Shown here in pieces: positions 46,061-60,480 of a DNA stretch of 64,000 nucleotides. Positions within the stretch are counted from its first letter, which is position 1. Each line of letters opens with the position of its first letter. The notes below the pieces were generated by a model. The model was not told where the DNA came from, did no database searches, and was given only the letters and a program-made list of their open reading frames with translations. Made by a program: the position numbers and the translations under genes. The stretch is from the human T2T-CHM13v2.0 reference genome, Homo sapiens: assembly GCF_009914755.1 (NCBI RefSeq), contig NC_060931.1; one strand, 5' to 3'.

Positions 46061-47995
46061 TTAATTTTTTTTTTATTATTTTGAGAACTAGAAAAATAAA
46101 TTTAAATAGGCTAAGGAGTGCTTGTCCGAGAGTGATGGGACATCACCACTGTTCCTTGCTCCAAGTCATTCAGCTCACCTTTCTTGCCTTTCCACCAAAC
46201 CAGAAACACCAAAAGGAGAAAAGCAATCCAGCAGGTGCTATGCACAGGCAATGTCTAGCTGAAACATCTTCTTGATTTTAATTAGTAAAAGATAATAAGA
46301 GTGCTAAAGTCAGGTGCGCTCTTCCGTACATAAACATCAGAGTCATTATTCATGCCAGCAGTTTTACAGATGCCTCTTCACACAAACCTGACATTTACAA
46401 TACTTGGAGAAAATGCAGATGGACAAGTGAAGTGCTGAGGTTTGAAAAGAGGGCATGCGAAAAACATTACCCACACTTAAAGAAGAAAATTAATCCCACA
46501 AGGTTCCTTCTGGCTTATCCCAACTTCTGATTTTGAATATGTCATGTCCCTCTGTACACTGACTCCTTCCTTTTAGGATCACAGAGGTTATGGTTTCAGT
46601 GGAAAGATTTCATTGGAATGCATGGTGTGGTGCTCTAAGAGCATCTGTGTCTGAACGATAAGATGAAACAAACCACAGGTGCTGAATCTGCACAGAAACC
46701 AGCTCGCCAAACATGACCACCTGTACCCAAATATCTATTTGAATCACTGAGAATGACAGTACCTCATGGGCACAGAGGTTGAATCTAGTTAAGATAATTC
46801 TCTCAACAAATTTGTATGCTCACTCCAATTTCATGAATGTGCAACAGTGGGTGATCTGGAAAAGCATGGTCAACAGTCAACAAGAATATCATCTCTTGAT
46901 TCTAGCAATGCTGAAAACCATAGGGGCTGCTTTCTAGTAATGAAGCTCTCAGTGCTTTTACATCTATAAATACAATGTAAAAAAAAATTCTTACTTAAAA
47001 AAATTCCTGTCAAAAATGTATATTAGCCTTATGGATAGCTGGAGAAAAGTTATGAGTACACAGCACGTCCTTAGTGCCTGACTCCTAGTTTCTCCAAACC
47101 AATGGAAAAATCAAATATCTATTCTTTAATAACGATCTCCCATAAACAGTTCCTGGGTAGAGTCGGATTTATAGTGTACCTTCTTCCAAACAGGAAAAGA
47201 GATAAACTCACACTGTTCTCATATGCCAAAGGCATTTCTTTGGCTCAGAGGTTGTTCCCAAACTGATGACTGCCATCCCTCCTTCCACCCCCAACCCCCA
47301 CCCACCTACTTCCATTCCAATTCTGTCAGCTCTGGCAGTGGTTGGTGCGCTGTTACATCCAAAAGGATAAAAAAAAAATAAAGGAAGAAACAGAACTTCA
47401 AAATCCTTCCTAGGTAGGGCCCCTTCTGCAATAGGAAAAGAAGCAGAGAACCTCAAATTTGCTCTGGGCAGAAACAGAGCCTTAATTAAAGAAGTGCCAG
47501 TGATCTAGCCTGGGACCCACTGCTATGGCCAGATGTACACAAGAATGCCCACAGTAGCTCCCGTCACTCCCACTCACTCCCACAGCCACAAGAGACCTTA
47601 ATATGCAGACCCATGTGCACCCGTAAGTCATTTCCAAGTCAGAGACAGGTTTGGACCCACATAATGAAATTAATACCCATGCTTAAAACACACACTTATG
47701 AGAATGAAAGCCTAGATGTATAAATAGCCAATGTTTTACTCAATGTTACATCAAGAAAGGTACTCAGCTACCGGGGGAAAAAAAATAAAGTCAGAAAGGA
47801 AAATTTAATTGTGTGAGTGGGTTAACAGGCTTGATCCCAGAAGTAACCACTAAAATTTTATGCATAATGGAATTTATTACAAAAGATAATGAATAAAAAG
47901 ATAAAAATGGAAAAATCGAAGGCTGTTTTATTACAGTCAAAGCATCTAACAAAACGAAGTTCTAGTGGGAACTGGGCTTTAAAATTATAGTGAAG

Positions 47996-50178
<2,183 letters not shown>

Positions 50179-50405
50179 GTAGTGCAGCTGTAAAAACATC
50201 CGTTTGTGGGTTTCTGCCTTATAAAGTGAAGAATGTATTTGTTTTGTTGTTAGATACAAACTAGCCGGTGTTATGGAAAGGATTACTTTGATGACCCCTT
50301 TGTTTATGTAGATGGAAGGCAGTGAGTACCTCTCTCTCCTCCTTGGGGAAGACTACGTCCAAAGAAATCACCCAGTATAAAACCTTCAGACAAACACATT
50401 AAATG

Positions 50406-51115
50406 CAGTAGTCCCCCCTTATTCAGACATGTTTTCCAAGGTTTTAGTTACTACACCCAGTCAACTGCAGTCCAAAAATATTAAATGGAAAATTCCAGAA
50501 ATAAACAGCAAGTTTTCAATTATGCATCACTATGACTAGCATGATAAAATTTCACACTGTCCTGCTCCATTCTGCTCAGGCAGTGAATCCTCCCTTTGTC
50601 CACGGTATCCATGCTGTCAGTGCTACCTGTCCCTCAGTCACTCAGTAGTGGGCTCAATTATCAGATCAACTACCACAATATCCCAGTGCTTGTGTTCAAG
50701 TAACCCTTGTTTTACTTAATAATGGTTCCAAAATGCAAGAGTAGTGATGGTGGCAACTCAGATATGCCAAAGAGAAGCCATAAAGTGCTTTCTTTCAGTG
50801 AATAGATGAGAGTTCTCAGCTTAAAAAGGATAGAAAAAAAAACATATGCTGAGGTTACTAAGATCTACAGTAAGACCAATTTCATTGGTGAAAACGTGAA
50901 GAAGGAAAAATAAATTCGTTCTAGATTTACTGTTGCACCTCAAATTGCAAAAATTATGGCCACAGTCTATGACAAGTGCTTAGTTAAGATGGAAAAGGCA
51001 TTAAATTTGTCGGTGGAAGAGACAAACAGAAATGTGCTACAATTGATGGGAATCAAGTTTGGTTCAATTCACAGTTTCAGGCATCTACTGGGGGGCTTTC
51101 CAAGGGGGGATACTG
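50406..51115 (+). mobile_element. MER44 (Tigger7-derived, TcMar) non-autonomous DNA transposon, near full length
   Basis: TIRs CAGTAGTCCCCCC / GGGGGGATACTG followed by TA; internal GTCCAAAAATATTAAATGGAAAATTCCAGAAATAAAC and GATATGCCAAAGAGAAGCCATAAAGTGCTT. Confidence 0.88.
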
Positions 51116-51603
51116 TATCTATTTAACGATGGAATTGGCTGCACTAACAGAACTGTATGTGCAGAGATAGGGGTGTTTCTTGTTTTTGTTTTGGAGGTTT
51201 TTTTGGTTTGGTTTGGTTCCCAAAGCTTAAATTAAAATTGATCAATGCTTGACATTCTGGATTGTTCTGGAGAGACTGTGCTTAAGTTGTCCAGGCATCT
51301 GCTTTTGGGTGATGGAGCTGGACCTAGAATATCAAGAGAGAGGTAAAGCCCTATTTTCCCTCATCAACTGCTGGAAGAAAAGTCACATGAAGGTGATACA
51401 AACTTGACAAAGCACAATCTGGATAGGCTATTGGTCCCCATGGTGGCATGATTTGCGCATGAATAATCTAGATTTAGAGTAAAGTGCTGTCAAGCGTCGC
51501 ATTACATATTCAGAGACAGGGAGCCAAGCCACACTGTGAAATCTCTTCTGGAGGAAAATGAATTTCCCACTGGCAGCCATCCTGGGAGGAAGTAATCCAG
51601 AGA

Positions 51604-51636
51604 TGTTGTTTGTTTGTTTGTTTGTTTGTTTGTTTT
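51604..51636. repeat. (TTTG)n microsatellite
   Basis: Visible tandem TTTG units. Confidence 0.9.
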
Positions 51637-52236
51637 TTAAGCCTAGAAATAGGGCAAACCATTTGGGTCTAGGTGCTCAAGCATGCACAGGCTTGATTTA
51701 TTCCCTATGGCAGGGAAAAGATGGAACCGAGCTAAGAACTAGCAGAAAAGGAGACTCTGAAGTTTAGGTGTAGATCTGAGGTTGTGAGTCCAAACCCACC
51801 TGGTATCAGGTGTAAGCTGTTCCTTGGGTTTGGCTGGCTTTATCCTCAAGACTTTAATATGTTCTCATCAACTCAGCCTTATCGTGTCCTGAAAAGAACT
51901 AGGGAGAGCATTGGCCACCAATGGGGGACAGATAGGCACAACAAAGAAGTCCTCTCAAAACATCAGAGTTAGCCTGGGGCAAGATGAAGGGACTAGAATG
52001 GGGAAACCTAAAAGATCTCTTTGAAAATACCCAGGAGTCAGGACCCTGGGAATTCCTCAAAATCATTAAAAGCCATTTTGAGGAGAATTTATTTCTAGCG
52101 ATTTGCTAGTGGGAAGCTCCTTGGCCTAATAATTTAGGTTTTTTTAAAAAAAGTGTAATCCTATTTTTTTTAATCACAAGCGGGTAGGGGATTAGATCAC
52201 ACCAATTTTGATTGAAGTTACTATTATTCACCTCTG

Positions 52237-53003
52237 TTGTAAAAACTACTAGTGCTTACCTATTTCTGGGTCTCCTCTTCTTCCTAAGCACCTAAAAAGT
52301 TTACTTTCAGCCCTTGTACTCAAGTGTGGCCATATGACTAGATCTGCACAACAAAATGTGAGCAGAAGTAATATGTAATGTGTAACTTCATTGTCAAGGC
52401 AGCAAGAGCTAGTGTGCCATTGAGGCAGGAAAATAGGGTCTGGAGGCAGGGAACATAAGGCCGATTCACACTTCAGCTATAACAGAAAATACCCTCTCCA
52501 TAGGGCATAATCCGTAAATGACTTTGTAACTTTACCTCATCCTCTCCATTTACACAAGGCATAACCGAAGTAACCAGTGGAATCCTCTAGGGGGTATGTA
52601 AACTCCCAAAAATTCTGTAACGGGGTCTTTGAGCCCCTATACTCAGGCCGGCTCCCACATTGTGGAATGTACTTTTATTTTCAATAAAACCCTTCATTCC
52701 TTCCTTGCTTTGTACGTGTGTTTTGTCCAATTATTTGTTCAAGACACCAAGAACCTGGAGACCTTCTACTGGTAACACCATCACCAAGCTTCCTTTTCCT
52801 TTGCTGCAGAGACATTAAAGATCTGTTTAGATGGGATGGCAGCACAACAAAGAGTAGGCAACCTAAACCCCTACTGCCACTCACTATCCAGGCTCTACTC
52901 AGACTTTGTGTGAGCAAGAAACATTCTTTTGTTTTGCTAAATTGATCAGATTCCAGGACTTGTTATGGCAACACACTCTAGCTAGCCAATCCTAACAAAT
53001 GCA
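52237..53003 (+). mobile_element. Old MaLR LTR (MLT1I/J-like) split by MER61
   Basis: GGCCATATGACTAG..AAATGTGAGCAGAAGT before; CAGACTTTGTGTGAGCAAGAAA..TTGTTATGGCA after. Confidence 0.65.
52421..52777 (+). mobile_element. ERV1 solo LTR, MER61-like
   Basis: TGAGGCAGGAAAATAGGGTCTGGAGGCAGGGAACATAAGGCCGATTCAC...GGTAACA; TG..CA ends, internal AATAAA, perfect 4-bp TSD CCAT. Confidence 0.88.
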
Positions 53004-53007
53004 AACA

Positions 53008-53150
53008 CATTTTACGACAAGGAAATAAGATTTATAAAGGTTGACACTTGTCCAAGGTCACTTGCCCAAGGTCACATAATCTAATACTATGAGAGGGAAA
53101 AGATTCAAATTCAGGCTCTTCTGACTCTAGTAAATAAGCTCTCAATCCTA
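53008..53150 (-). mobile_element. MIR fragment
   Basis: CATTTTAC..GGAAA..CACTTGCCCAAGGTCACA..GATTCAAATTCAGG..CTGACTC. Confidence 0.7.
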
Positions 53151-55429
53151 TCTATATAACATCATTTTATCATTATCATCCCTGAACATTGGCTCTCTGT
53201 ACCTAAGTGCTAATTCTACAAACACAGTTTTGTAGCTGAGAAACTAAGGCAAAGGAGGAAGGCTGACTTCAAATTTCTTAGTCACTAACTATTAAAATAT
53301 AAACAAAACATTTTAAATCACTCCACATATAATACTATTTGTATTATACTTTCTTCTGATCCCCCGAAAAACTTATGTATATAAACACATCTATTGTGGT
53401 TAAAGAAAAAAAAAAAAGAATGGGGGCGGAATATAAAACTGAAATACAGAATATTATTTAAAGATATAAAAGTAATCATTATTACATAGTATTCATACAT
53501 ATATCTATAGAAAAAAGGTTTGAAGGAAACGCACAAAATATTCATTTGGTCATCCTACAACTATTTATTGAGTCCCTTCTATTTGCCAAGCACTTTTTGA
53601 CACAGGCACAGAGCATAAAACAGACAATGTATCTGCCCCTCACAGTCCTCTTACAGTCTAGTATTAGTTCTTGGAAAAGAGGAAGCCATGGGGAACTTTT
53701 ATTTTCTTCTGTATATTTTTCTGCCTTCAATTTTTTCAAAGATATATACCCTTCATATACTATCAGAAATCCATTTTAAATCCACCATTCCCAAACATAT
53801 CCCATCACACAGATCATGATGCAGCTCTCTAAAAACCATTAGAAAAAAATTAGTCAGAATTGAGAACTTAAGTCAGATTGTCTTAAAGACATCTGTTAAG
53901 GAAAAGAATTTATAACTGGGATTATTCATCTTTTTATGATTTACAAGTTACTGGTTTCTTTCAATAAAATTACCAAGAGATAATGATAAAAACTGAGTTA
54001 GATGACAAGATAATTTAGTATCGTGCCTTATAGACAATAACAGCAACTGGTGATTATATTTTCTGAACCAAATATTGACATGCAGGTGATGTCTACAGGA
54101 TTATTTCTGAAGACAACAGAATATACTATTCACAAGAGTGATCAGCAACTATTTATAAATTAAATTACTTTTTCCTTCAAGCTCTGACCATTTTATTTCA
54201 ATAAACAGTAAAACCAGATTCTTAAGATAACTCAGACAGCTCCTCTGTCCTCCACCTTTCCATGCTCAAAACCCCAAATAGCTGCTGTTTCTGTTTCTTT
54301 AATTGAAAAAGGCAAGGGCAGCACCCTAAAACAAGGTGAGGACCAGGAGCCCCCCAGACCTCCCTCCCGGCTCTTCTTAGCTGCTCCTGGTAGACATCCC
54401 CTTTCATTTCTGTGGACCCTGCTGATTTTTCCCAAGCAAGCTCCCCACTCAAACCACTGGTCTCAGGCATCAAAAAGCTTGTACTTCCCACCTTGCTCCC
54501 CTAGCTGGCCCACCTGATCCAGGATCTATGGCATTCTTGGCTTTTTCTCTCCTCTTCGCTCTCTGACTTCTTTTTGGCTGCCTAAGAAACCCTGGTTGCT
54601 TTTATAACCTTAGCTGAATATATTAGTCAATCAGCTTGTAGACAGAGGATTTAAGGGCTAGGGAGAAATGTCTGAAATAGAGAAATTTTGTGGACTGAGT
54701 GCTTGAGCTTAAAGGGTTGTTGAAGTTTACTCCAAATTTATCATTTTTTTTGAGGAATCAGGGTCCCTGAGTTTAATCAAAATTCAATTCTGATTCCTCA
54801 TTGGTTCACATGAGGTCTATGAGCACCGAGACTAGATCTTCTTCCAATCACATCCCTAAATGGTGCTCAATAAATACTGCTGAATGAGTGAATCAACATG
54901 CAGCAAGTCCTGATTCCAGACATAGCCAGGGGTGGAACTCTCCCTGGTGTGGATAAGCCTATGGGTGGGATCCAGGATATGGAGCTAGACCTGCTCAGTG
55001 GGGTTGGGTAGGAGCAGAAGTGCAAAGACTGAGAAAGTGCAAACAGGCAGAACATATTGTCACAGTAGAGCAGAGACCTGCACAGGGACACACAACTGGC
55101 ATCAGGGAGACCCAGTAAGAGGCAACTGGACAAAAGAACATATCAGCAGAAACTAAGGGCAAGAAGAAGTGGGGAAACCAGATAAGGAGGCAAGCACCAG
55201 AATAAAGAAGAAAGATACCCTTGTCGTAGAGGAGCCAGGGTGAAGGTTCTAACAAGAAAGGACTCGGCTGCAGAGAAATGAGATGCACAGGGCTATAGAG
55301 CTGGTGAGTAGGTAGTGCTGAGGCCTAGATGCAGGTCTTCCTACTCCTGGTTCAGTGCTTCAACCTGGCAGATTCCAAATGGCTTCACCATGAAAAACAC
55401 ACTCCTCCACCATGAAGCACACCAAAATG

Positions 55430-55535
55430 CAAAGCCCTCAAGGGGAGGATCCTGTGTAGATCGCTGTTGTATCACAAGTGCCTAGAACAAAGCCTGGCAC
55501 ATAGTAGGTGCTTAATAAATACTTGAATAAATGAA
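55430..55535 (+). mobile_element. L2a 3' terminus
   Basis: GTGCCTAGAACAAAGCCTGGCACATAGTAGGTGCTTAATAAATACTTGAATAAATGAA. Confidence 0.8.
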
Positions 55536-55934
55536 CAAAGAATTACTGATTGGCAGTTAAAAGGAAACTTAAGGTTCCCTCCCTCCATTACCTGTGGGCT
55601 GTTTTCCCAATTGCCCACACTCACCTTCCTCTCTCAAAAAAATTCCTGCTGTGGGTATTCAGGGCAGCAATCAGCATCTGTATAAAGATATTGGGCACTC
55701 TAGTGGAATGCCCTAGCCCAGCCCCTGAACATCACCCCCATAAGCAGTTCAACAAGGCAACGGGGAGAAGACAGAGTCCTGAATGGCTTTTCAATACTTT
55801 ACTCCTACATCTGTGACCTTGGGGACTCAGGAAGATAAAGGAAAGGAATAGCATGCTAATGAAGATCTTTAAGGCAGTGCAAGACTTCATGTTGATATTC
55901 TCCACATCCACAGAGAATCTGGCTTGAAAATTTT

Positions 55935-56090
55935 AAAAATTACACTGGAATTTAGTAAAGACCTGGAAGTCAGAAGTCCTAGGTTTCAGAGACAATTTTA
56001 TACAACTAGATCTCTCGGCCCCCGTCTTTTCAGCTGCAAAATGAGCAGGATATTAGTAGATGATCTGTAAAGGCCACTTCTAGTTCTAGG
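55935..56090 (+). mobile_element. MIR3-like fragment
   Basis: GGAAGTCAGAAGTCCTAGGTTTC..GCTGCAAAATGAG..TAGATGATCTGTAAAGGCCACTTCTAGTTCTA. Confidence 0.55.
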
Positions 56091-56708
56091 CTAATTTTGG
56101 TTTCAATCATATTTTTGTTCCTATCTAAGGCTTGAAATGAAGCATCTTTGTGTCTATTATAACTTTGGGCTTCATGTCAAATAACTTACTAAGGTTCTAC
56201 TTCAGTAAACATCTGGAAGATACACATAAATATTTCCTTTACTGTTAGAAGCAGCAGTCATCACTACAGTTTCTTAATTTCCATTCCAAATTTTCTACAC
56301 ATAGACTTGGCTACAAAAGCCATTCTACCTCCTTTCAGTTTTATAAAAATGTATATTGTCTATAGCCACTATCAGACATCTCTGTTATGTTAGCAGATTC
56401 CTCCTATTGGGCAGTTAACTCTCTGAGAATAAGATGGTATTCCATTCACCGAGTACCTCTCATAGCACCTGAAAAGCTACCTTGTACTTGGTGGCATCTG
56501 ACAAACATCTGCTGAGTATCTTTTCATATATTTTTATCATATGTGTTCCTACACACGTTTCAGACGTGTCTCTCAAGCTCTTCTGATTGGTTTAGAATAT
56601 GCTTGAGTATAGATAATGACTCATTCTTCCATTAAAGACACTAGCACTTTCTAAAGCATTGTTCTAGCACTTTTGAAAGTATGTAAAGGAAAAGACTAAA
56701 TTAAACCT

Positions 56709-56910
56709 GAGGGTGGAAACCTGTATCGAAAGGCCAAATACTAAATATTTTAAGCTTTGTTGGCCAGGTAATCTGTGTCACAACTACTTTCCTGTGCTAT
56801 TGTAACACAAAAGCAACTATAGACAATATATAAACAAGTGAGCCAGCCTGCATTCCAATAAAACTTTATTTACAAAAATTGACCTGTACGCTGTCATTTT
56901 CTAACCCTTG
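56709..56910. mobile_element. MER58A-like hAT-Charlie MITE
   Basis: AAAGGCCAAATACTAAATATTTTAAGCTTTG..CACAACTACT..TAGACAATATATAAAC..TTCCAATAAAACTTTATTTACAAAA. Confidence 0.8.
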
Positions 56911-57472
56911 CAATCAACCTCAGAACCAAAAAGCAAGCATAAGATGATATAAAATAATAATAACATGATAATAACAAAAGAAACAAAGCAGCATCACTTT
57001 ATTAATTATGTCTAGGCATTATCCAATTATTTAAATGTATTTAACGCAATGTACATAAGGCTGTGTACCCAAATACATAACTACATACAATCACTACATT
57101 TCAGAATCATAAATCCTACTACAATGTCCTTCAGACTAAAAATTTGCCTATTTCCAAAACTTATCCCCAGAAACCTCTTCTATCCTATTCCAAAAGATTT
57201 CTCCCTGGATAATAAAAGTTGTGGGGGGAGCAAAGAGGAAGAGGTGGTCAAATAGTAACAGCACAAAAGTGTGGGTGGTGAACTCCCATCCCTGAGAAAT
57301 AGCAAAATCAACAATACAAAAAAAAAAAGTCAGATCTCACAATCCCTAAAAAGGTATCGATAGGGGGTCCTGGTTCACAAACTTTAGTCTACAAAGAGGG
57401 AAAAGGAAGGCCTCATATTTATAAACTTCAGTTTTTTGGTTATAACTTAGAACAAAATGTACGGAATTCCGC

Positions 57473-57932
57473 TAAGGGAGGAGACCACCCCTCATATTGT
57501 CTTATGCCCAATTTCTGCCTCCAAAGAAAGAAGAAGTAAAAACTAAAAGGCAGAAATGAAATCCACAGGCAGATAGCCCAGCGCCGCACCTTGGGCCTGG
57601 TTACAGATTGACCCCTGACCTAACGGGTTATGTTATCTGTAGATTCCAGACATTGTATGGAAAAGCATTGTGAAAATCCCTGTCCTGTTCTGTTCCATTC
57701 TGATTACCAGTGCTTGCAGCCCCCAGTCACATAACCCCTGCTTGCTCAATCGATCACGACCCTCTCACATGGACCCCCTTAGAGTTGTAAGCCCTTAAAA
57801 GGAACAGGAATCGCTCACTTGGGGAGCTTGGTTTTTGGAGATGTGAGTCTTGCCGAAGCTCCCGGCCGAATAAAGCCCTTCCTTCTTTAACTCAGTGTCT
57901 GAGGGGTTTTGTCTGCGGCTTGTCCTGCTACA
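57473..57932 (+). mobile_element. LTR2 (HERV-E/Harlequin family, ERV1) solo LTR, complete
   Basis: TAAGGGAGGAGACCACCCCTCATATTGTCTTATGCCCAATTTCTGCCTCCAAAG ... GTCCTGCTACA (460 bp); TATA-like CTTAAAA near 57794, AATAAA 57869-57874; near-TSD CCGC/CCTC. Confidence 0.92.
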
Positions 57933-58093
57933 CCTCCACTCACCAGCCATCTGAGGACTCTGACACGGGTATTTTGCACCTGTTTTGGTTCCTGCAAAAG
58001 AGATTCATCCAAACCCTACTCATCCTTCCTAGACAGCCAGTATCACTCACAAACATACACGTGTTACTAGTGCATGCTAGTACATACGAATGT

Positions 58094-58127
58094 ACATACA
58101 CACACACACACACACACGCACACCCAC
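58094..58127. repeat. (CA)n microsatellite
   Basis: Visible imperfect CA run. Confidence 0.9.
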
Positions 58128-59009
58128 AATACCCACTTGGAAGTTGGCTATTCTGTACTCAGGATAATCATCTCAACTTCTCCCCATGAGGTCCCTAAAT
58201 AATAAACAAAGTTACACTTGAGTGGTCTGACTACAGAGAAGATGAGAAAGGAAAAGCAAGGTGGCTCTGCCAAAAGATAACAAAGGCTGCAAACTGATCC
58301 CCAGGAACCTGGAGTCATTTAAATGGCCAGGATACTTCCAGACAGAGAGTCTCTGGTGCTAGACACTGCCCCGGAAAGTGGATTAGCCTGGCAGACAGTA
58401 TTAAACTCAGCCGGGATCCCTGGGAGAGTCTGCCAGCAACTGCTGGAGTGCCCACCACATGTATTTAGGAATTTTGCGAGGGTTCCAAGGCCTTTCAGGG
58501 CACAGCCGCTCTATCCCTAAGGAATCAACACACACATTTATCACAGAGGTAGTTTAGTACCTCATTGCCCAAAGGAACGGAACAGAGTGGGAGCAGGAGG
58601 AGGGGAGTTGAGCAAACTTAGAGAGGAACGGGTTGTAAAGTCTGAGTCAGTTTATATCTGAAGGCAAGGCTGATAGAGGTTTAATTAATTTGCTTTCCAC
58701 TCTCTTTGACCATAATTCAATCTTTCTCTCTCTCTTCACATTCAAAATCCAAGGTGGACAGAGGACATAGACAGGAGGGGTGATCTATGAGGCTACAGAC
58801 AAAGCAGAAGTCGCCTCTATTGCCATGAGCAATTCAATTCCTGGAGCTAAAACAATAACATCAGCATCATCGTTAGAGCAGCTTTGAGAGTAAATGCCAC
58901 CAGCTCCTACAGAGCAGCCCCAAATTAATGGCATATAAATAAAAAAAGGACACCAGGGTAGCCAGTCCCACTGAAATGGGCAATCAATGTTTCTATTACA
59001 ACATTAAAA

Positions 59010-59060
59010 AAGAGGAGGAGGAGGAGGAGCGTGGAGGGGGAGGAGAAGAAGAAGTAGTAG
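59010..59060. repeat. (GAG)n/(GAA)n purine-rich simple repeat
   Basis: GAGGAGGAGGAGGAGGAG..GAAGAAGAAG. Confidence 0.85.
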
Positions 59061-60234
59061 TTCCCCTAACTGGGAACTATGTTGTCAGTGAGGAGGAGCA
59101 AAAACAGGGTAGTCTAGAATCCAAGAGGGGTCATGGGGGGTTATGTAAAGAAGGTGGGAGGCACTGTGGGCCAGGGGCAGGTGCACTGCTGCTGCCAGGA
59201 ATAGCCTCCCTGCTGGTTCAAAGGCAGTGAGGAATGGGGCACCCTGTTTTCATCCCCCGGTGGCTGCTTCACTCCCACCAGAAATGCTCCTACGTGGAGG
59301 AAGAGTATCAGCCTCTGCCACATCCACCCCCTGTCCCCAGGAGGTCCTTGTGTCCTCCCCTCCTGTGGCTTAAGAGAATAACAAAAATGACCTCCACTGG
59401 AGGGAGATCACATCTTCAGGTCCTGCCCCTTGTCTGTTTCAAATGGGCTTTTCAAACATCAGCAGGCACAGGGAAGAAGGGCAGTGGGAGACTGCTGCGT
59501 GACCAGCTCAGGGTTTCCCACCAACCTGTCTGCAATCATTCACCAGCCAGATGCAGCAAGGGACGTTTGTTTTACCCTTTTCATTCGGAGCTGTCACTGT
59601 GCGACCTCTGCCACCCCCTCATCTCTCACCTCAGGGCACCTGCCTCAAATAACTTCCCTTGTGTTGTCATTCACCTCATGGATAATTGATAGCATGTCAA
59701 GTTGATGCTAAGAAAAGAACAAGGTGGGTAGACGTGTGCCTACTATAAATAGATCCACGACATGACCAGCATTTGCCAACTTTTGAGCAAAGAAAGGCAG
59801 AGGCAGAAACGGCAGCGATGGCAGCTTCCCCTGGGTCCTTGGAAGAGCTGGCTTCACACTGACAGCCACAGCCCTGCTTGAGTGGTTTGACTCACAGCAG
59901 AGGGGTGGGAAGATGCCTTTCTCCATTTGGGAGCAAAATTTAAAATATCACACGTGATGGAACTTTCAGGGTTGTTTGACAGACGCATAAAAGCTCAAAC
60001 AACGCATACTTTAAAACGTCTGCTTTCTTTCTCCTACATTATCTTTTTCTCTGTATGTTTTAGGAACTTTATTCTTTATTTTGCTCTCAGGGGCATATCT
60101 GCTTCTAAGTTTTTATATACATATGCTCACACAATTACATATGTAATTGGCACCTACACAGATTATAAATTAGGTATATATTAGACCCTGCAGCTACAGA
60201 GAGGAAGAATAAAATAAGACTCCAAACACAGGAG

Positions 60235-60480
60235 GCATTCATCAGGAATCCTTTTGTTACAAGTGGCAAAAACCAATTCAATATGGTAAGAAACATGAAT
60301 TAAAAAATGATAAAGATGTGAGGTCTTTTTCAACATGTCCCATGAAGAGTTCCCCACCAAACGAGGGGGCCAATCCATGGCAAAGATTAGATTAAGGGTG
60401 CACCTTTCCATCCAAGCCTATTTTTTCACATGGCCTCAAGATGGTTGACTTTAGTTTAAGGGCAGAGGGAGGAGGGAGAA
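60235..60480 (-). mobile_element. Old MaLR LTR relic (MLT1K/L-like)
   Basis: TCAGGAATCCTTTTGTTACAAGTGGCAAAAACCAATTCAA; TCACATGGCCTCAAGATGG. Confidence 0.4.

Noticed and set aside
47277-47303. Minus-strand G-quadruplex motif
   Set aside because: Four G-runs are present, but one loop is 8 nt and nothing in the context suggests function.
52421-52777. p53 response element in the MER61 LTR
   Set aside because: Some MER61 subfamilies carry p53 sites, but the candidate half-sites here (GGGCATAATC, AGGCATAACC) lack the CWWG core.
54930-55260. Possible ancient Gypsy-like LTR relic
   Set aside because: Resemblance too weak to call without an HMM search.
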